From: Vicugna vicugna | Lineage: Eukaryota | Direction of reading: 5' to 3' | Assembly: GCA_013265495.1 (NCBI GenBank) | Contig: MU057711.1 | Location: forward strand, 2,430,844-2,494,843 | DNA: 64,000 bases | Shown here: in pieces, positions 1-11,925 of the stretch | Layout of the letters: every line of letters begins with the position of its first letter | How positions within the stretch are numbered: position 1 is the first letter of the stretch | Notes under the pieces: generated by a model | Told to the model about the DNA's origin: nothing | The model's input: the letters and a program-made list of their open reading frames with translations, nothing else | The model's database searches: none | Translations under genes and position numbers: made by a program

Positions 1-558
1 ACTGAGGAGGAGGCGGAGGAGAGAGGCACTGAGGAAGGCTGGCCACTGGGGGGTGTGGCATTCCCAGGAAATGGCCTCTGCCCAGCTCTCTCAGGCCCAG
101 GCCTCTCTGCAGTTGCCCAGGGGGCCTGAGGCCGGGGCAGGCCAGGCCCTTAGCAGACTCATTACCCTGAAGTGGGCCAGGCTCTCACCACAGCTGGGCC
201 TTCAGACCTCGGTGTTTCTATGGAGAGGGTGCTCTGGGACACAGCTGATGTCCTGGACACCTGACCTTGGGGTAGAGTGTGGCCTTCCTTGGTTGGGGGA
301 ATTCTGGGGAACTTATGGGACCCTTTAGAGGAACCCCTTTATAGTCGACAGATGTAAAAGGCTTCCTGGGAGCCAACCCCCCTGATCCAGACACACTGAA
401 ACCCGTGAACCTGACTGATGTTCAGGGGCTCCCACGGCCCTCACTGCTGTCCTGCTGTGGTCCTCCAAGCCCACTCAAGCAGCAGTGAAGCAGGGCAAGG
501 AAGATCCACGGCCAGTTGTCCTCAGACTGCTACTTCTTTTCTTGTTTCCCTTTGTCTG

Positions 559-678
559 GTGTTTGTTTGTTTTATTTAAATTTTTAATTAATTATTTTTT
601 TAAATGGAGGTACTGGGAATTGAACCCAGGACCTCGTGCATGCTAGGCATGTACTCTACCACTGAGCTATCATCTCCC
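559..678 (-). mobile_element. tRNA-derived SINE, camelid Vic-1-like
   Basis: Reverse complement reads gggagatgatagctcagtggtagagtacatgcctagcatgcacgaggtcctgggttcaattcccagtacctcca (Pol III A and B boxes) then an AT-rich tail; flanking duplication cctttgtctg at 549-558 and 686-695. Confidence 0.9.
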
Positions 679-1369
679 TTTTCTTCCTTTGTCTGAACCT
701 CAGTTTTCTCCTCTGAGGAATGGGTAGAACCCACCCTATGCCACCTGTGTGGTTGGCCTGAGGGTCAGGGAAAGTAAGGAGTGAAAAGGCTTCTTGCACA
801 GTGAAGGCCTTCCCAGGTATAAGGCGGGTGGGAAAGGGCCCCTTCTCCTGGATACTCTAGGGGTGCCTGGGGGAACGGGAGGGAGGTGGCATTTGTCCGT
901 CCCAGGCCCCAGCAGCTACAGCAGCTGCCCCAGTTTGGCAGCAGGCCCACCTGGCACCAGCCTGTTAGTGTGGGAGAGTGCCCAGGGGGCCAAGGCTGGG
1001 TTGTGAGCTTCTCTTTGGGGATGCGGTGGCCTGAGGTGATTTGCTGTGACAGGCTGTGGACAGTGCAGCTTCCAGGGTTGCTCGTGGTCACAGGCAGATC
1101 TGTCCCAGCCACCTGCCTTCGAGTGAACAAAAGAGAGGCAGCTGATGGCAGCTGTCCGTGTAGGGATCCTGGGTTGCCTCTGCCCTCGTGATCCCTGAGC
1201 TGCTTGCTGTGGGGCAGTGAGCCCAAGCCATAGTACCCATCGCTGTCAACCCCAAAGTCATTTTGACTCAGATTCTGCCATGACAAAGATAAACCCAGAG
1301 CCCTTGAGCAAATAGGACAGAGGCTACACAAGAACCTCCCTCCCTCCCCTCCCTGCCTCCCCTCCTTCC

Positions 1370-1497
1370 TTCATCCAAGTATGTTGAGTGCGTACTGTTG
1401 TGCCCGGCACTGTGCTAGGGGCTGGAACACAGTGGGTACAATTAGATGAGGTTCTGTCCTCATGGAGTGTGCAGTCTGGTGAGGGACATGCACATTA
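1370..1497 (-). mobile_element. L2 LINE 3' fragment (continues in pieces to ~3470, interrupted by L1 and LTR insertions)
   Basis: ttcatccaagtatgttgagtgcgtactgttgtgcccggcactgtgctagg resembles the reverse complement of the L2 3' terminus. Confidence 0.7.
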
Positions 1498-1760
1498 GTG
1501 GTTACCGGGAGGAAGGCGGTGGGAAGGAATAAACTGGGAGCTCGAGACTTGCAGATACACACTACTATATATAAAATAAACAGCAAGGCCCTTCTCTACA
1601 GCACAGGGAACTCTATTCAATATCTTGTAGTAATCTATCACGAAAAAGAATATGAAAAGGAATATATGTATATATACGTATGACTGAAACATTATGCTGT
1701 GCACAAGAAGTTGAGACAACACTGCAAACGGGCTATACTTCAATAAAAAATTTTAAAAAA
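1498..1760 (+). mobile_element. 5'-truncated young artiodactyl-type L1 3' end
   Basis: acagcacagggaactctattcaatatcttgtagtaatcta...tatacttcaataaaaaa and an A-rich tail; the same 3'UTR recurs elsewhere in the window. Confidence 0.85.
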
Positions 1761-1934
1761 CCCAGATAACTTCACAGATAATTATTTAATCACAGTTGTG
1801 CTAACCATTATGAAGCAAAACAACAGGGTGCTGTTGGGACGGAAAACTGACCTGGCCTGGAGGTTCAGGCAAGGCCCCGCGAGGAAGCCATACTTGACCT
1901 GGAGGATGACTCATAGGCTGGGTACCCTAGAAGG

Positions 1935-2325
1935 GAGCCTTCTAGGTTGATGGGATTCTGTTGGGGGCAACAGGAAACACCTAAAAGGGGATGAGAGACG
2001 TAGGAAAGGGAAGGAGAGAAGCAAGTAAGGATGTGGTCTCAGCTTCAGCTCAATCCACAGTGGTGGTGTGGAAAGTGGGGTGAGAATACAGAGGGCATCG
2101 CAGAATGGTCTCCGTGTGGGGAGGGGCCTGCCTTTGGTAGCCTAGGTTACGTGGTGAGGTCGGCCCGGTGGCCTCCCACCCCGGCAGTAGTCTCTGTGTT
2201 GTCCAGGGCAATCTTCTGCAGAAAGTGGCAGCTGCGGGCCCTTGGCAGACAACACTGACAGCTGCTGGGGCTGGGGTGCCCCCAGGATGGGTGACGTGAG
2301 TGAGGCACCAACAGCATCCACTAAA
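1935..2325 (-). mobile_element. ERVL LTR16-family solo LTR (decayed)
   Basis: Ends in caccaacagcatccacta (reverse of the tagtggatgctg LTR start); resembles the LTR at 50630-51075. Confidence 0.6.
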
Positions 2326-2550
2326 CAGGCAGAGGGATCAGCATGTGCGAAGGTGGGAAAAAGTGTGGTGCGTTCAAGGAAGTGAGAGGGCCAGGTGGAG
2401 CAAGAGAAACGGGGGAGAGTGCTGGGAGATAAGGGTGGGCTGGGCCGAACCTCAGGAGCTGTGGCCAAGATGTTTGCTTTTATTTGGGGTGTCTCTGAAG
2501 GCAGCAGGTGTGGGCACATGACCAGGCTTACAATTTAAGAAGAATGCTTA

Positions 2551-3095
2551 AACATGCAATCCAGTGTTCACAGCAGCACTATTTACAATAGCCAAGATAT
2601 GGAAGTAACCTAAATGTCCATCAACAGAGGACTGGATAAAGAAGATGTGATATCGTATAAATACATAGTGGGATACTGCTCAGCCATAGAAAAGAATGAA
2701 ACGTTGTCATTTGCAGCAACATGGATGGATTTGGAGGATATTATGCTAAGTGAAATAAGTCAGATGGAGAAAGACAAATGATACCACTTATATGTGGAAT
2801 ATAAAAAAATACAACAAATTAGTGACTACAACAAAAAGGAAGCAGACTCACAGAGATAGAGAACAAGTTAGTGGTTAACCTGTGGGGAGAGGACAATGTA
2901 GGCACAGGGGATTAAAAGGCAAAACTATTCTGTATAAAATAAGCTACAAGGATATTGTGTACAACATGGGGAATGTAGCCAATATTTTGTAGTAACTATA
3001 AACGGAATATAATCTTTAAAAATTACGAACCACTATATTGTACACCTGTAACTTACATAATATTGTACAGCAATTATTCAAGTTCAGTTAAAAAA
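2551..3095 (+). mobile_element. 5'-truncated L1 (ORF2 end and 3'UTR) with TSD
   Basis: cacagcagcactatttacaatagccaagatatggaag...atgctaagtgaaataagtcag; A tail; TSD aagaagaRtgctta at 2537-2550 and 3096-3109. Confidence 0.9.
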
Positions 3096-4094
3096 AAGAA
3101 GAGTGCTTAGGCTTCTGAATGAGGAAGGAATTGTGCAGTAGGAGACAAGGCCCGGAAAGCAGCTAGGAGTTGGTACGGACTTGGGGGAGATAGTGGTGGC
3201 TTAGACCAGCGTGAGGGCTGTAGGATGGTGCACCAGAGCTCAAAGGAGAGGTAGGTCTGAAAAGGCTTTTGGCCTAGAGATGTGTTTGGAAACTCCGGAG
3301 TCAATGAGACCACTTGGGAGATGAGAACAGAGTGATTGGAGCTGATAGAGCCTCGAGGACCCTCAATATCCGTGAGGTCAGTGAAATAGGAGAAGGCAGA
3401 GGTTGAAGACCGGGAGAGTGAGGCATCCTGGAGGATGCCCCATGCCAGAGCTGGTGAGGGCTGTGATGGGGAAGGAGCTGGGCCGGGCTGCAGGGACTCT
3501 CCAAGCCCTCCCTGCAAAGGTCTGTTCAGGGCTGGGAAAGGGTGGATCAAACAAGTAGAACTGTTCAGGCAAGGACATCAAAGTGGGGATGCTGGGGGAG
3601 TAGGGGGGTTGCCATGAGAAAGAGAAGCAGAGGCATGGTGGCTGAAGCCTTGAACGCAGGCTCTAGAGTGGGAGATTCACTCTGTAAAGTGGGATAAAGC
3701 GGATGGAACAACCTCCTTCGAGATGGCTGGGCATTTTGCTGGAGCCCAAGGCTGGGGAGAGAGTCAGCAGCTCACAAACAGTCCCGCAGGTTTGAGCACG
3801 GTGCATCACTGCTCCTTGGAGTCCTGCTCTGGGGAGAGCACCCAGGATCGAATCCCCTTCACAGAAAGTCACTGTATGCTGTGGCTGTGGGATCTGGATC
3901 TGTGTCACCTGGATCTCTAAGGTCCCACAGCCCTGGCTTTGCGAACACCAGCTGTGATACCTGGGCATGGCTCTTCCCCTCTCTCTGCAGAAGGAGGACT
4001 AGGCTGGTGTCTTCTAAACTCTGTTGGTTCTGGGAAGTACTTCTGAGGTTCTGTCAATATCCGAGAAAAGGTTTATTTAAAAGATACATGCCAG

Positions 4095-4209
4095 GTTATG
4101 TATATACAGGTTACTATAGGTTACTACAAGATATTGAATATAGCTCCCTGTGTGCTGTAAGCCAGAAATTGACACGTTGTAACTGACTATACTTCAATTT
4201 AAAAAAAAA
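4095..4209 (+). mobile_element. Short L1 insertion with 5' inversion (twin-priming structure)
   Basis: 4116-4158 is antisense L1 3'UTR, directly followed by sense L1 3' terminus 4160-4209 with poly(A). Confidence 0.7.
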
Positions 4210-4409
4210 TGTATGTGTCTATTTTAGATTTGTCTTGGTTCTGTTATTTAGTTTTAAGCTTGTTTATTACCTAAGTAATACATACTCATTATAGATAACT
4301 TTGAAAATATAGCTAGGCATGAGGACGACATTTCAAATTGCTTATAATCCCACCAGTTTCTGTAACATTTTGGAATATGTCATTCCAGTTATTTTCCAAT
4401 TTGTTTTTC

Positions 4410-4480
4410 TTTTTCTGTATATGTGTATTTATTGAAGTATAGTCAGTTTACAGTGTTGTGTCAATTTCTGGTGTACAGCA
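4410..4480 (-). mobile_element. Extremely truncated (~70 bp) young L1 3' end with TSD
   Basis: tattgaagtatagtcagtttacagtgttgtgtcaatttctggtgtacagca; TSD tccRatttgtttttc at 4395-4409 and 4481-4495. Confidence 0.8.
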
Positions 4481-4571
4481 TCCGATTTGTTTTTCAAGTG
4501 GGAGTTTGGTAGTGATTCTCATGTCCTTGCTTCAGGAGATACATTCATGCTTTGTTGTGTATTCTCGAGAC

Positions 4572-4738
4572 TGGGTGCTCAAAGTGGGGTCCCTTCTTGA
4601 GCTGCATTGGCAGCACCTAGAAGCTTAGGAGAAATGCACAATCTCAGGCCCCCATCCCAAAACTATGGAAGCAGAACTTACATTTTTAACATGATCCCTG
4701 GGTGATTCATAAATAAGTATTCATTTTGAGAAGTACCA
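4572..4738. mobile_element. MER5A-like hAT-Charlie MITE
   Basis: ctcaaagtggggtcc...cacctagaagcttaggagaaatgcacaatctcaggcccc...ttttaacatgatccctgggtgattc...tttgagaagtac. Confidence 0.8.
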
Positions 4739-5427
4739 TTTAGAGCATTAATTTTGACTTAGGCTTTATTTTTTTCAACAAGCAAAGGGGAAACTCTCTC
4801 CAACATTAGAACAACTAGAGCCCAAAAGGAGAACTTTGACAGAGCCAGACAAACTCGTGTGTCCATGTTTTTACTTGAAAGCTCAATAGAAAAATAAAAA
4901 AAAATCTGAGGGACTTAAAAATGAAAAAAAACTATTAAACTACTTTTAATTTTTAAACTATTTAAAACTTTCAAACTATTAAAAAACTGGTAATCACCCA
5001 CATACCATTATATATATTATTTTAAAGACAATTTTAAGGGTAGTTTTAGATTCACAGAAAAATGAGAGGGAGGTACAGAGATTTCCCAAGTATCTCCAGC
5101 TCCCAACACATGCATAACATCCACTGTTAATTAACATTCCTCATCAGCGTGTACATTTGCTATGTTTGGTGAACCTAGGCTGACACATCATAATCACCCA
5201 AAGTCCATAGTTCACACTAGGGTTCACTCTTGGTGTTGTACCTTCAGTGGGTTTGGACAAATGTGTAATGACATATCCCCATGATTACAGTGTCATACTG
5301 AGTATTTGCACTGCCCTAAAAATCCTCTGTGCTCTGCCTATTCAGCTCATCATCCCCCACAATCCCTGGCAGCCACTGATCTCTTTACTGTCTCTTTAGT
5401 TTTGCCTCTTCCAGAGTGTCACATGGT

Positions 5428-5901
5428 TGACGGTCCTGACTTACAATGGTTCAGCTTAAGATCTTTGACTTTGGATGGTGCGAAAGCGATATGCATTCAG
5501 TAGAAGCTGTATTATAATTTTGAATTTTGACTGTTGATCTTTTCCCAGTCTGGCGATTGTTGCTACAATCCTCTCTCATGCTGCTGGGCAGCAGCAGCAT
5601 GAGAGCAAACAACAGATAAACACTTACAACCATCCTGTACCCATACAGCCATTCTGCTTTTCACTTTCAGTACAGTATTCAATAAATTGCATGATATATT
5701 CAACACTGTATTATACAAGAGGCTTTGTGTTCGAAGATTTTGCCCAACTGTAGGCTAATGTAAGTGTTCTGAGCACATTTAAGGTGGGCTAGGCTAAGCT
5801 ATGAAGTTTGGTAGGTTATATGCATTTTCAATTTATAATATTTTCAACTTATGATGGGTTTATCAAGATGTAACCCCCTCATAGGTCATTGAAGATCTGT
5901 A
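5428..5901. mobile_element. MER47/Tigger5-type TcMar-Tigger DNA transposon nested in L1
   Basis: gacggtcctgacttacaatggttc...gattttgcccaactgtaggctaatgtaagtgttctgagcac...gatgggtttatc...gatctgta; host L1 resumes on both sides. Confidence 0.85.
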
Positions 5902-5967
5902 GTATGTTGTATTTTTCAGATTGGCTCCTTTCACTTAGTAATATGCATTTAAGATTCCTCCACGTCT

Positions 5968-6131
5968 AAAGAACAAGTTTCTTCTGTATAGTATGGGGAA
6001 CTATATTCAATATCTTGTAGTAACCTATAATGAAAAAGAGTATGAAAAAGTATATGTGACTGAAACATTATGCTGTGCACCAGGAATTGACACATTGTAA
6101 ACTGACTACACTTCAACTGAAAAAAAAAAAA
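5968..6131 (+). mobile_element. Young truncated L1 3' end nested in the old L1, with TSD
   Basis: Poly(A) tail; TSD aagattcctccacgtct 5951-5967 and aaggttcctccatatct 6132-6148. Confidence 0.85.
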
Positions 6132-9100
6132 AAGGTTCCTCCATATCTTTTCATGGCTTGGTAACTCATTTCTTTCTAGCATAGAATAATACTTCATTGT
6201 TTGGGAGTGCCAGTTTATTTAACCCTCACCTACTGAAGGACATCTGGGTTATTTCCAAGGTTGGGCAATTTTGAATAAAGCTACTATAAACATCCTGCAA
6301 GTTTTTGTGTGGACATAAGTTTCAACTCCTTCGGATAAATACCAAGGAGCATGATTCCTAGATCAAATGGTGAGAGTATATTTAGTTTTGTAAGAAGCTG
6401 CCAGATTGTCTTCCAAAGTGGCTGTACCATTTTGCATTCCTACCAGCAGTGAAGGAGTTCCTGTTTCTCCACATCCTCATCAGCACCTGGTGTTGTCAGT
6501 GTTCTGGATTTTGGCCTTTTTAATAGGCGTGTACTGGCATCTAATTGTTATTTTAATTTGCATTTCCCTGATGGCATATGATATCAAGCATCTTTTCATA
6601 TACTTATTTGCCATCCGTAAATCTTCTTTGTTAAGGTCTTTGGCCCACTTTTAAATCAGGTTGTTCATCTTCTTATTGTTGAGTTTTAAGGGTTCTTTGT
6701 ATATTTTGGATAATTGTCCTTTATCAGATTGTCTTCTGCTAATCTTTTCTCCCAGTCTGTGGCTTGTCTTCTTGTTCTCTTGACTCTTTCTCAGAGTGGA
6801 AGCTTTTCATTTTAATGAAGTCCAGCTTTGTCAATAATTTATTTTATGGATTTGTGTGCCTTTTGTGTTGGAGCTAAAAAAGTCATTGCCACACCTGAGG
6901 TCACCTGGGTTTTCTCCTTTGTTATCTTCCAGGAGTATTATAGATTTACATTTTATTTTAGGTCTGTGATCCATTTTGACTTTTTGAAGGATGTGAGGCC
7001 TGTGTCCTGATTCATTTTTTCACATGAGGACGTTCAGCTGTTCCAGGACCACTTGTTGGAAGGACTCTTTTCTCCATTATACGGCCTTTACTCCTGTCAG
7101 TTGTCTGTACTTATGTGGGTCTACTTCTGGGTTGTTTTTCTGTTCTGTTGATCTATGTGTCTGTTCTTTTACCAACACCACACTCTCTTGATTACTGTAG
7201 CTTTATTGTGAATTTTGAGGTTGCGTAGTGTCAGCCTTCCAACTTTTTTCTTCTTTAGTATTGTTTTGGCTACTCTGGGTCTTTTGTCTCTCCATATAAA
7301 CTTTAGACTCAGTTTGTCAATATCCACAAAACAATTTTCTAGGATTTTGATGGGGATTGCATTGAATCTATATATTAAGTTGGGAACCACTGACATCTTC
7401 ACAATATTGAGCCTTCCTATCTGTGAATATGGAATATCTCTCCATTTTTTTTGATTCCTTTCATCAGAGTTTTGCAGTTTTCCTCATATAGATCTCATTC
7501 ATATTTTGTTAGATTTATATCTAAGTGATACATTTTTGGGGAGTGCTAATGTAAATGGTATTATGTTTTTAATTTCAAATTCTACTTGTTCATTGTGGTA
7601 TATAGGAAAAGGTTTGGCCTCTGCATATTGACCTTGATTCCTGAAACCTTGCTGTAATCACTTATTAGTTCCAGTTTTTTTCAATTCTTTCAGATTTTCT
7701 ACACAGATGATCATGTAATCTGGGAACAAAGATAATTTCTTCCTCTCCAATTTGTATTTTCTTGTCTTGTCTTATTGCATTGGCTAGAACTGCCAGGACA
7801 GTGTTTAAAAAGGAGTGTTGAGAAGGGACATTCCTCTTGTACCTGATCTTAGAGGGAAAGCTTCGTGTTTCTCATTGTTAAGAATGCTGTTAGCTGCAGG
7901 TTTTTTGGGTGGCTATTTTTTATCAAGATGAGGAAGTTCTCCTCTATTCTAGTTTATTGAGAGTTTTTTATTTTTAATCAGGAATGGGTGTTAGATTTTG
8001 TCAAATGCTCTTTTTCTATTTATATGATCATGTTATTTTTCTTCTTTAGCCTATTGATGTGATGGATTATGTTAAATGACTTTTGAAGGTTGAACAAGTC
8101 TAACATGCCTGGGATAAATCCCATCTAGATGTAGAATACAATTCTTTTATACATCATTGGATTCTATTTGCTAGTATTTTGTTGAGGATTTTTGTATCTA
8201 TGCTCATGAGCGATATTGTGTGTAGTTTTCTTGTAATGTCTCTGACTGGTGTTGGTATTAGGGTAATGCTGGCCTCATAGGATGAGTTAGGTAGTAGTCC
8301 CTCTTCTGTCCTCTGAAAGAGATCGTAAAGAATTTGCATATTTTCTTCCTTAAGTGTCTGGTAGATTTCACCAGTGAACCCATCTGGGCTTTCTCTTTTT
8401 GAAGGTTATTAATTATTAATTCAATTATTTAATAGATCCAGGCCTATTCAGATAGTGTATTTCTTCTTTTGTGAGTCTGGCAAATTGTATCTTTCAAGGA
8501 ATTGGTCCATTTCCTCTAGATTATCAAGTTTGTTGGCATAGAGTTGTTCATAGTATTCCTGTATTACCCTGTAATAATATTCTCTCTTTCTTTTCTGATA
8601 TTAGTAATTTGTGTCTTCTCTCTTTTTTTCTTGGCCTGGCTAGAAGCTTATTGATTTTTATTATCTCTTCAAAGAATCAGCTTTTGGTTTCATTGATTTT
8701 CCTCTATTGATTTCCTCTATTAAAAATAACCAATTTTTATACCTGGGAAACAGATACATTAAAATTTAGTTCATTGAATATAAAAAAGTAAACGTTAAAA
8801 CTTTTAACTTAAAAGATAAAGTACATTTTCACTAACAAGACACTGCTTTTATTCCTTATACAGGAGCTCTGCTTAATATTTATTTGAAATAAGAAGGCGC
8901 TAAAAATCTGAAAACTACTCAATGATGTAAGCCCCCAGGCCCTTCCATGGCTCAGTGATTCAGTTAGATTAAATAATGTTGTGATCAAATGTTTTTGTTT
9001 CAAAAATATTCACCTTTTAGTAAACCATAAAGCCATACAGATTAGTCAAGTTTGGCTATGTGGTTGGATAAAGTCACCTGGAACATGTTACAGGGTAGAA

Positions 9101-9161
9101 GCACTGGACTAGAAATCAGAATGCCTGGTCCCCACCCTTGTATTGCTCAGCTTTCATGTGA

Positions 9162-9670
9162 CAGTCAGAATGCTTTCATTCGGCGATGTCAGAAACCCAC
9201 CCCTAATGAGGTTGAGTTTTAGGTATGGCTACATTCAGAAGCTCAAATGATGTCATAAGATTCAGGCTTCGAATCTCTCGGCTCTGCTTCCTCTGCACTG
9301 ATCCTACTCTTACACAGACTCTAATGGCCTCCAGCAGCTCCATGCTGACAGCCTCATAGATCCCAATTCAGAAAAAAGAGAACGCTCCTTTCCCCCAGCA
9401 GTCCAGCAGAAAGTCATGGGGTTATCTGATTGAGCCAATTTAGATCACATGCCCACTCTGAAGCAATCACCATGAAGTGGCAGGGTGTGGCCATGATGGT
9501 GGTGGATTTCATAACAAGCCAAGTCTAGGTCATAAGTCTATCCTTGGAACTTGAGTGGGGGGCTGGTACCACCTAAACCATGTGGGCTAAGTTGAGATTC
9601 CCCAGGAAAAATTAGGGTGATGTTACCACAGGATTGAAGAATGGATGCTGGAATGGCAAAATAAATTCAG
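9162..9670 (-). mobile_element. MaLR solo LTR (MLT1J/K/L-like)
   Basis: agtcagaatgctttc...gctcaaatgatgtca...ctctcggctctgcttcc...gatcacatgcccact...aatggatgctgg. Confidence 0.65.
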
Positions 9671-10039
9671 TAGAAACAAAACCGAAACAGCTTCTAAATT
9701 CAGTTTCTCTACCTGCCTTCTGCTGTTGTGAGGGCTCAGCGAGAGGAAGGATGTGAACAGGGAGGACTGGTACCTGTCTTGAGATGGATGCAGTCTGGAG
9801 GCACGTCACTATGCAAACTTGGCTGGCAGGCAATACCTGGTTGAATAGAAACACATAGAATTTAACAACACAACAGGCTTCGTGAAATGTGAACTCTTGC
9901 TCCTCATGAGACTGGATCACCAGTGAAGAGCTGGCAGAGAGACTCTTTTCAACTAATCACACTCTGAGTGGCTTGGTCGACACCGCCCTGCTCATCCCAG
10001 AGGTGAATGTGCCCACTTTCTCGGGGAAATGCAACCAGG

Positions 10040-10300
10040 GAAGATTTTTCTGCCCCTCTCTCCTGTGACCTTGTTTTTCAGAGGTCAGTGGGGATCAGAT
10101 TCAGAATTGCTGACATTGTCAGCCCCAGGAGAAAATTTGTGAGGCTCAGCCAGATCTATTTATGCCAGATTTGACAATGTCATTGGGTTATGCGCACATG
10201 GAACTGCTGATGGTTTGTTATGATTGTTGTTTAACCCTCTGTGTAGGTGATTTGGAGGCACTGATTGATTGATGAATGCCCATTGCTTTGTAGTTTCTGA
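10040..10300. promoter_or_regulatory. Candidate TALE/Hox enhancer (non-repeat)
   Basis: TGACA-N-TGTCA palindromes at 10111-10121 and 10172-10182; TGATTGATTGATG at 10262-10274; motif evidence only. Confidence 0.35.
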
Positions 10301-10529
10301 GGCAGAAAAAGGAAAAACAGGTTTTCCCTGTATTCGAGAGGAAAATACTTGGAAGGAGGAATTCAGCCTTCTCCTCCATTCCAGGCTTTTCAGCTTTAAC
10401 TTGGGGGGGGGAATCCCCTCCTCAAAGCCTTCACAGATGCCCCCATTGGGAGGAAATACCTCTTCATCTATGTATCCTTGACATTGACTTACCAAGGGCC
10501 GCCATGTTTCCCAGCCTCCAGCCTGCCGC

Positions 10530-11110
10530 AGTCTCCACCCACTCTCTCTGTGACAGCCAGAGTGACCTTTACAAACGTAGATTAGCTTAGACTGTGCCAT
10601 CACCCTTTTCACAACCCTTCGGTGGCCTTTCCTCACACTCAGATAAAACCTGAGCTCTTGTCCTGGGCCCTTCTTTCTGACCTAATCTTAAACCATTATC
10701 CACTTTGACTCATTCTACTCCAGACATAATATCTTGAATTTCAGTCTGTAAATATGCCATGTATGCCAGAATTTTATGTTTGTAAATAGTATTCTCATAC
10801 CTGCTGTTCTTTTATTCTGGAAGGCTGTCCCCACGTTCTTCATCCAGCAGGCTCCTTCTCATCTTTCTCAGAAAGTAACCCCCAAAGCCCTGCAGAAAGG
10901 AGTCCCTTATAGTTGCTTTCATAGTAGTCTGTGTTTTTCCTGTTCCCCTTAAACACATCACACTTGCAATTATACATTTATTTACTATCAGTCTCCCCAT
11001 TAGATGAAGAGCTTCATGAGGGCAAGAGCTGTGTCCATCTTTCTGTTTTGTTTACTGCTGTATCTCCTGCACCTTGCGCTTAGCATGTACAGAATACATT
11101 TTTGTTACCC
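10530..11110 (+). mobile_element. L2 LINE 3' fragment
   Basis: cagccagagtgacctttacaaa...gtctccccattagatgaagagcttcatgagggcaagag...actgctgtatctcc. Confidence 0.75.
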
Positions 11111-11749
11111 AAATGATTAGAGGCTTGGACTTCTCTCTTATGGTAGGCAGAACTTCCTTCTGTGTTCTTTCTTCTGGCTGCCACTGATTTCTTCTTCCAA
11201 GAGGGGAGTAGGGGTGAGGGGGTGGTGTCACACTTACCTCTTTCTCCCTCCAGGCACTTAGCTTGGTGTTTGGCCCGCAGTGGGCGCTCAGTCTGGGTTG
11301 CTGATGACTTCACGTTACCTGTGCTCTTCCCCAAACCCCCCTCAACTGCACAGCACACGTTGGAAGTGACAAAGATAGAAACCTACAGGATGAGACTTCA
11401 GAATTGCCAAGCCATTGCAAAATCTAAAGCTTCCACCTGTGAGTTGTTGATCCCTGAGATTCGGGCACAACACAGCCAGGGCAGGCTGTAAGAATCACCT
11501 TCCAAGATGCAGCACACCTGGACGAGGTCTTGCCTGACCTGAGGCCAGCGATCTCCTCCAGGGGCAGGGATGAGTGGGGTGGGAGGGTGGGGAATGCAGA
11601 GATGACCCCTGAGCCCCCAGGCTCTCACTTCAACAGATACTCATTAAGCAAATAGTGACTGTGTTAGAGTCTGTGGGGTCCTCAGACAAGAACAAGACAC
11701 AGCCCCTGACCTCAGGAGGCTCAGAGTTTAGTAGAACAGACACATAACT

Positions 11750-11925
11750 TGCCCCTTTCTAGCTATATGGCCTTGGACCCATGACTTAACTTCTGCAAAG
11801 CCTCAGTTTCTTCATCTGTAGGATAAGGTAATAAATGTACCAGCTTCACTGGTCATAATTCAGTGAGTTGATGCACAGAAAGTGCTTAGGACAGGGCCGG
11901 GCTTAGTAAGAGCTGGCAGTATTTG
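11750..11925 (+). mobile_element. MIR SINE
   Basis: Core tgacttaacttctgcaaagcctcagtttcttcatctgta...aaagtgcttaggacag. Confidence 0.75.

Larger units (their letters stand above)
5015..8720 (-). mobile_element. Old L1 (L1MC1-like), 3'UTR plus decayed ORF2, ~3.7 kb including nested insertions
   Basis: Minus-strand ORF fragments LIYRFNAIPIKI...KFIWRDKRPRVAKTIL (7169-7402) and [14 protein letters not shown]...[15 protein letters not shown] (8154-8339) are L1 ORF2; 3' end resembles L1MC1; many stops and frameshifts. Confidence 0.92.

Noticed and set aside
4920..4990. Degenerate aaactatt repeat
   Set aside because: Short AT-rich slippage tract next to an L1 tail; no sign of function
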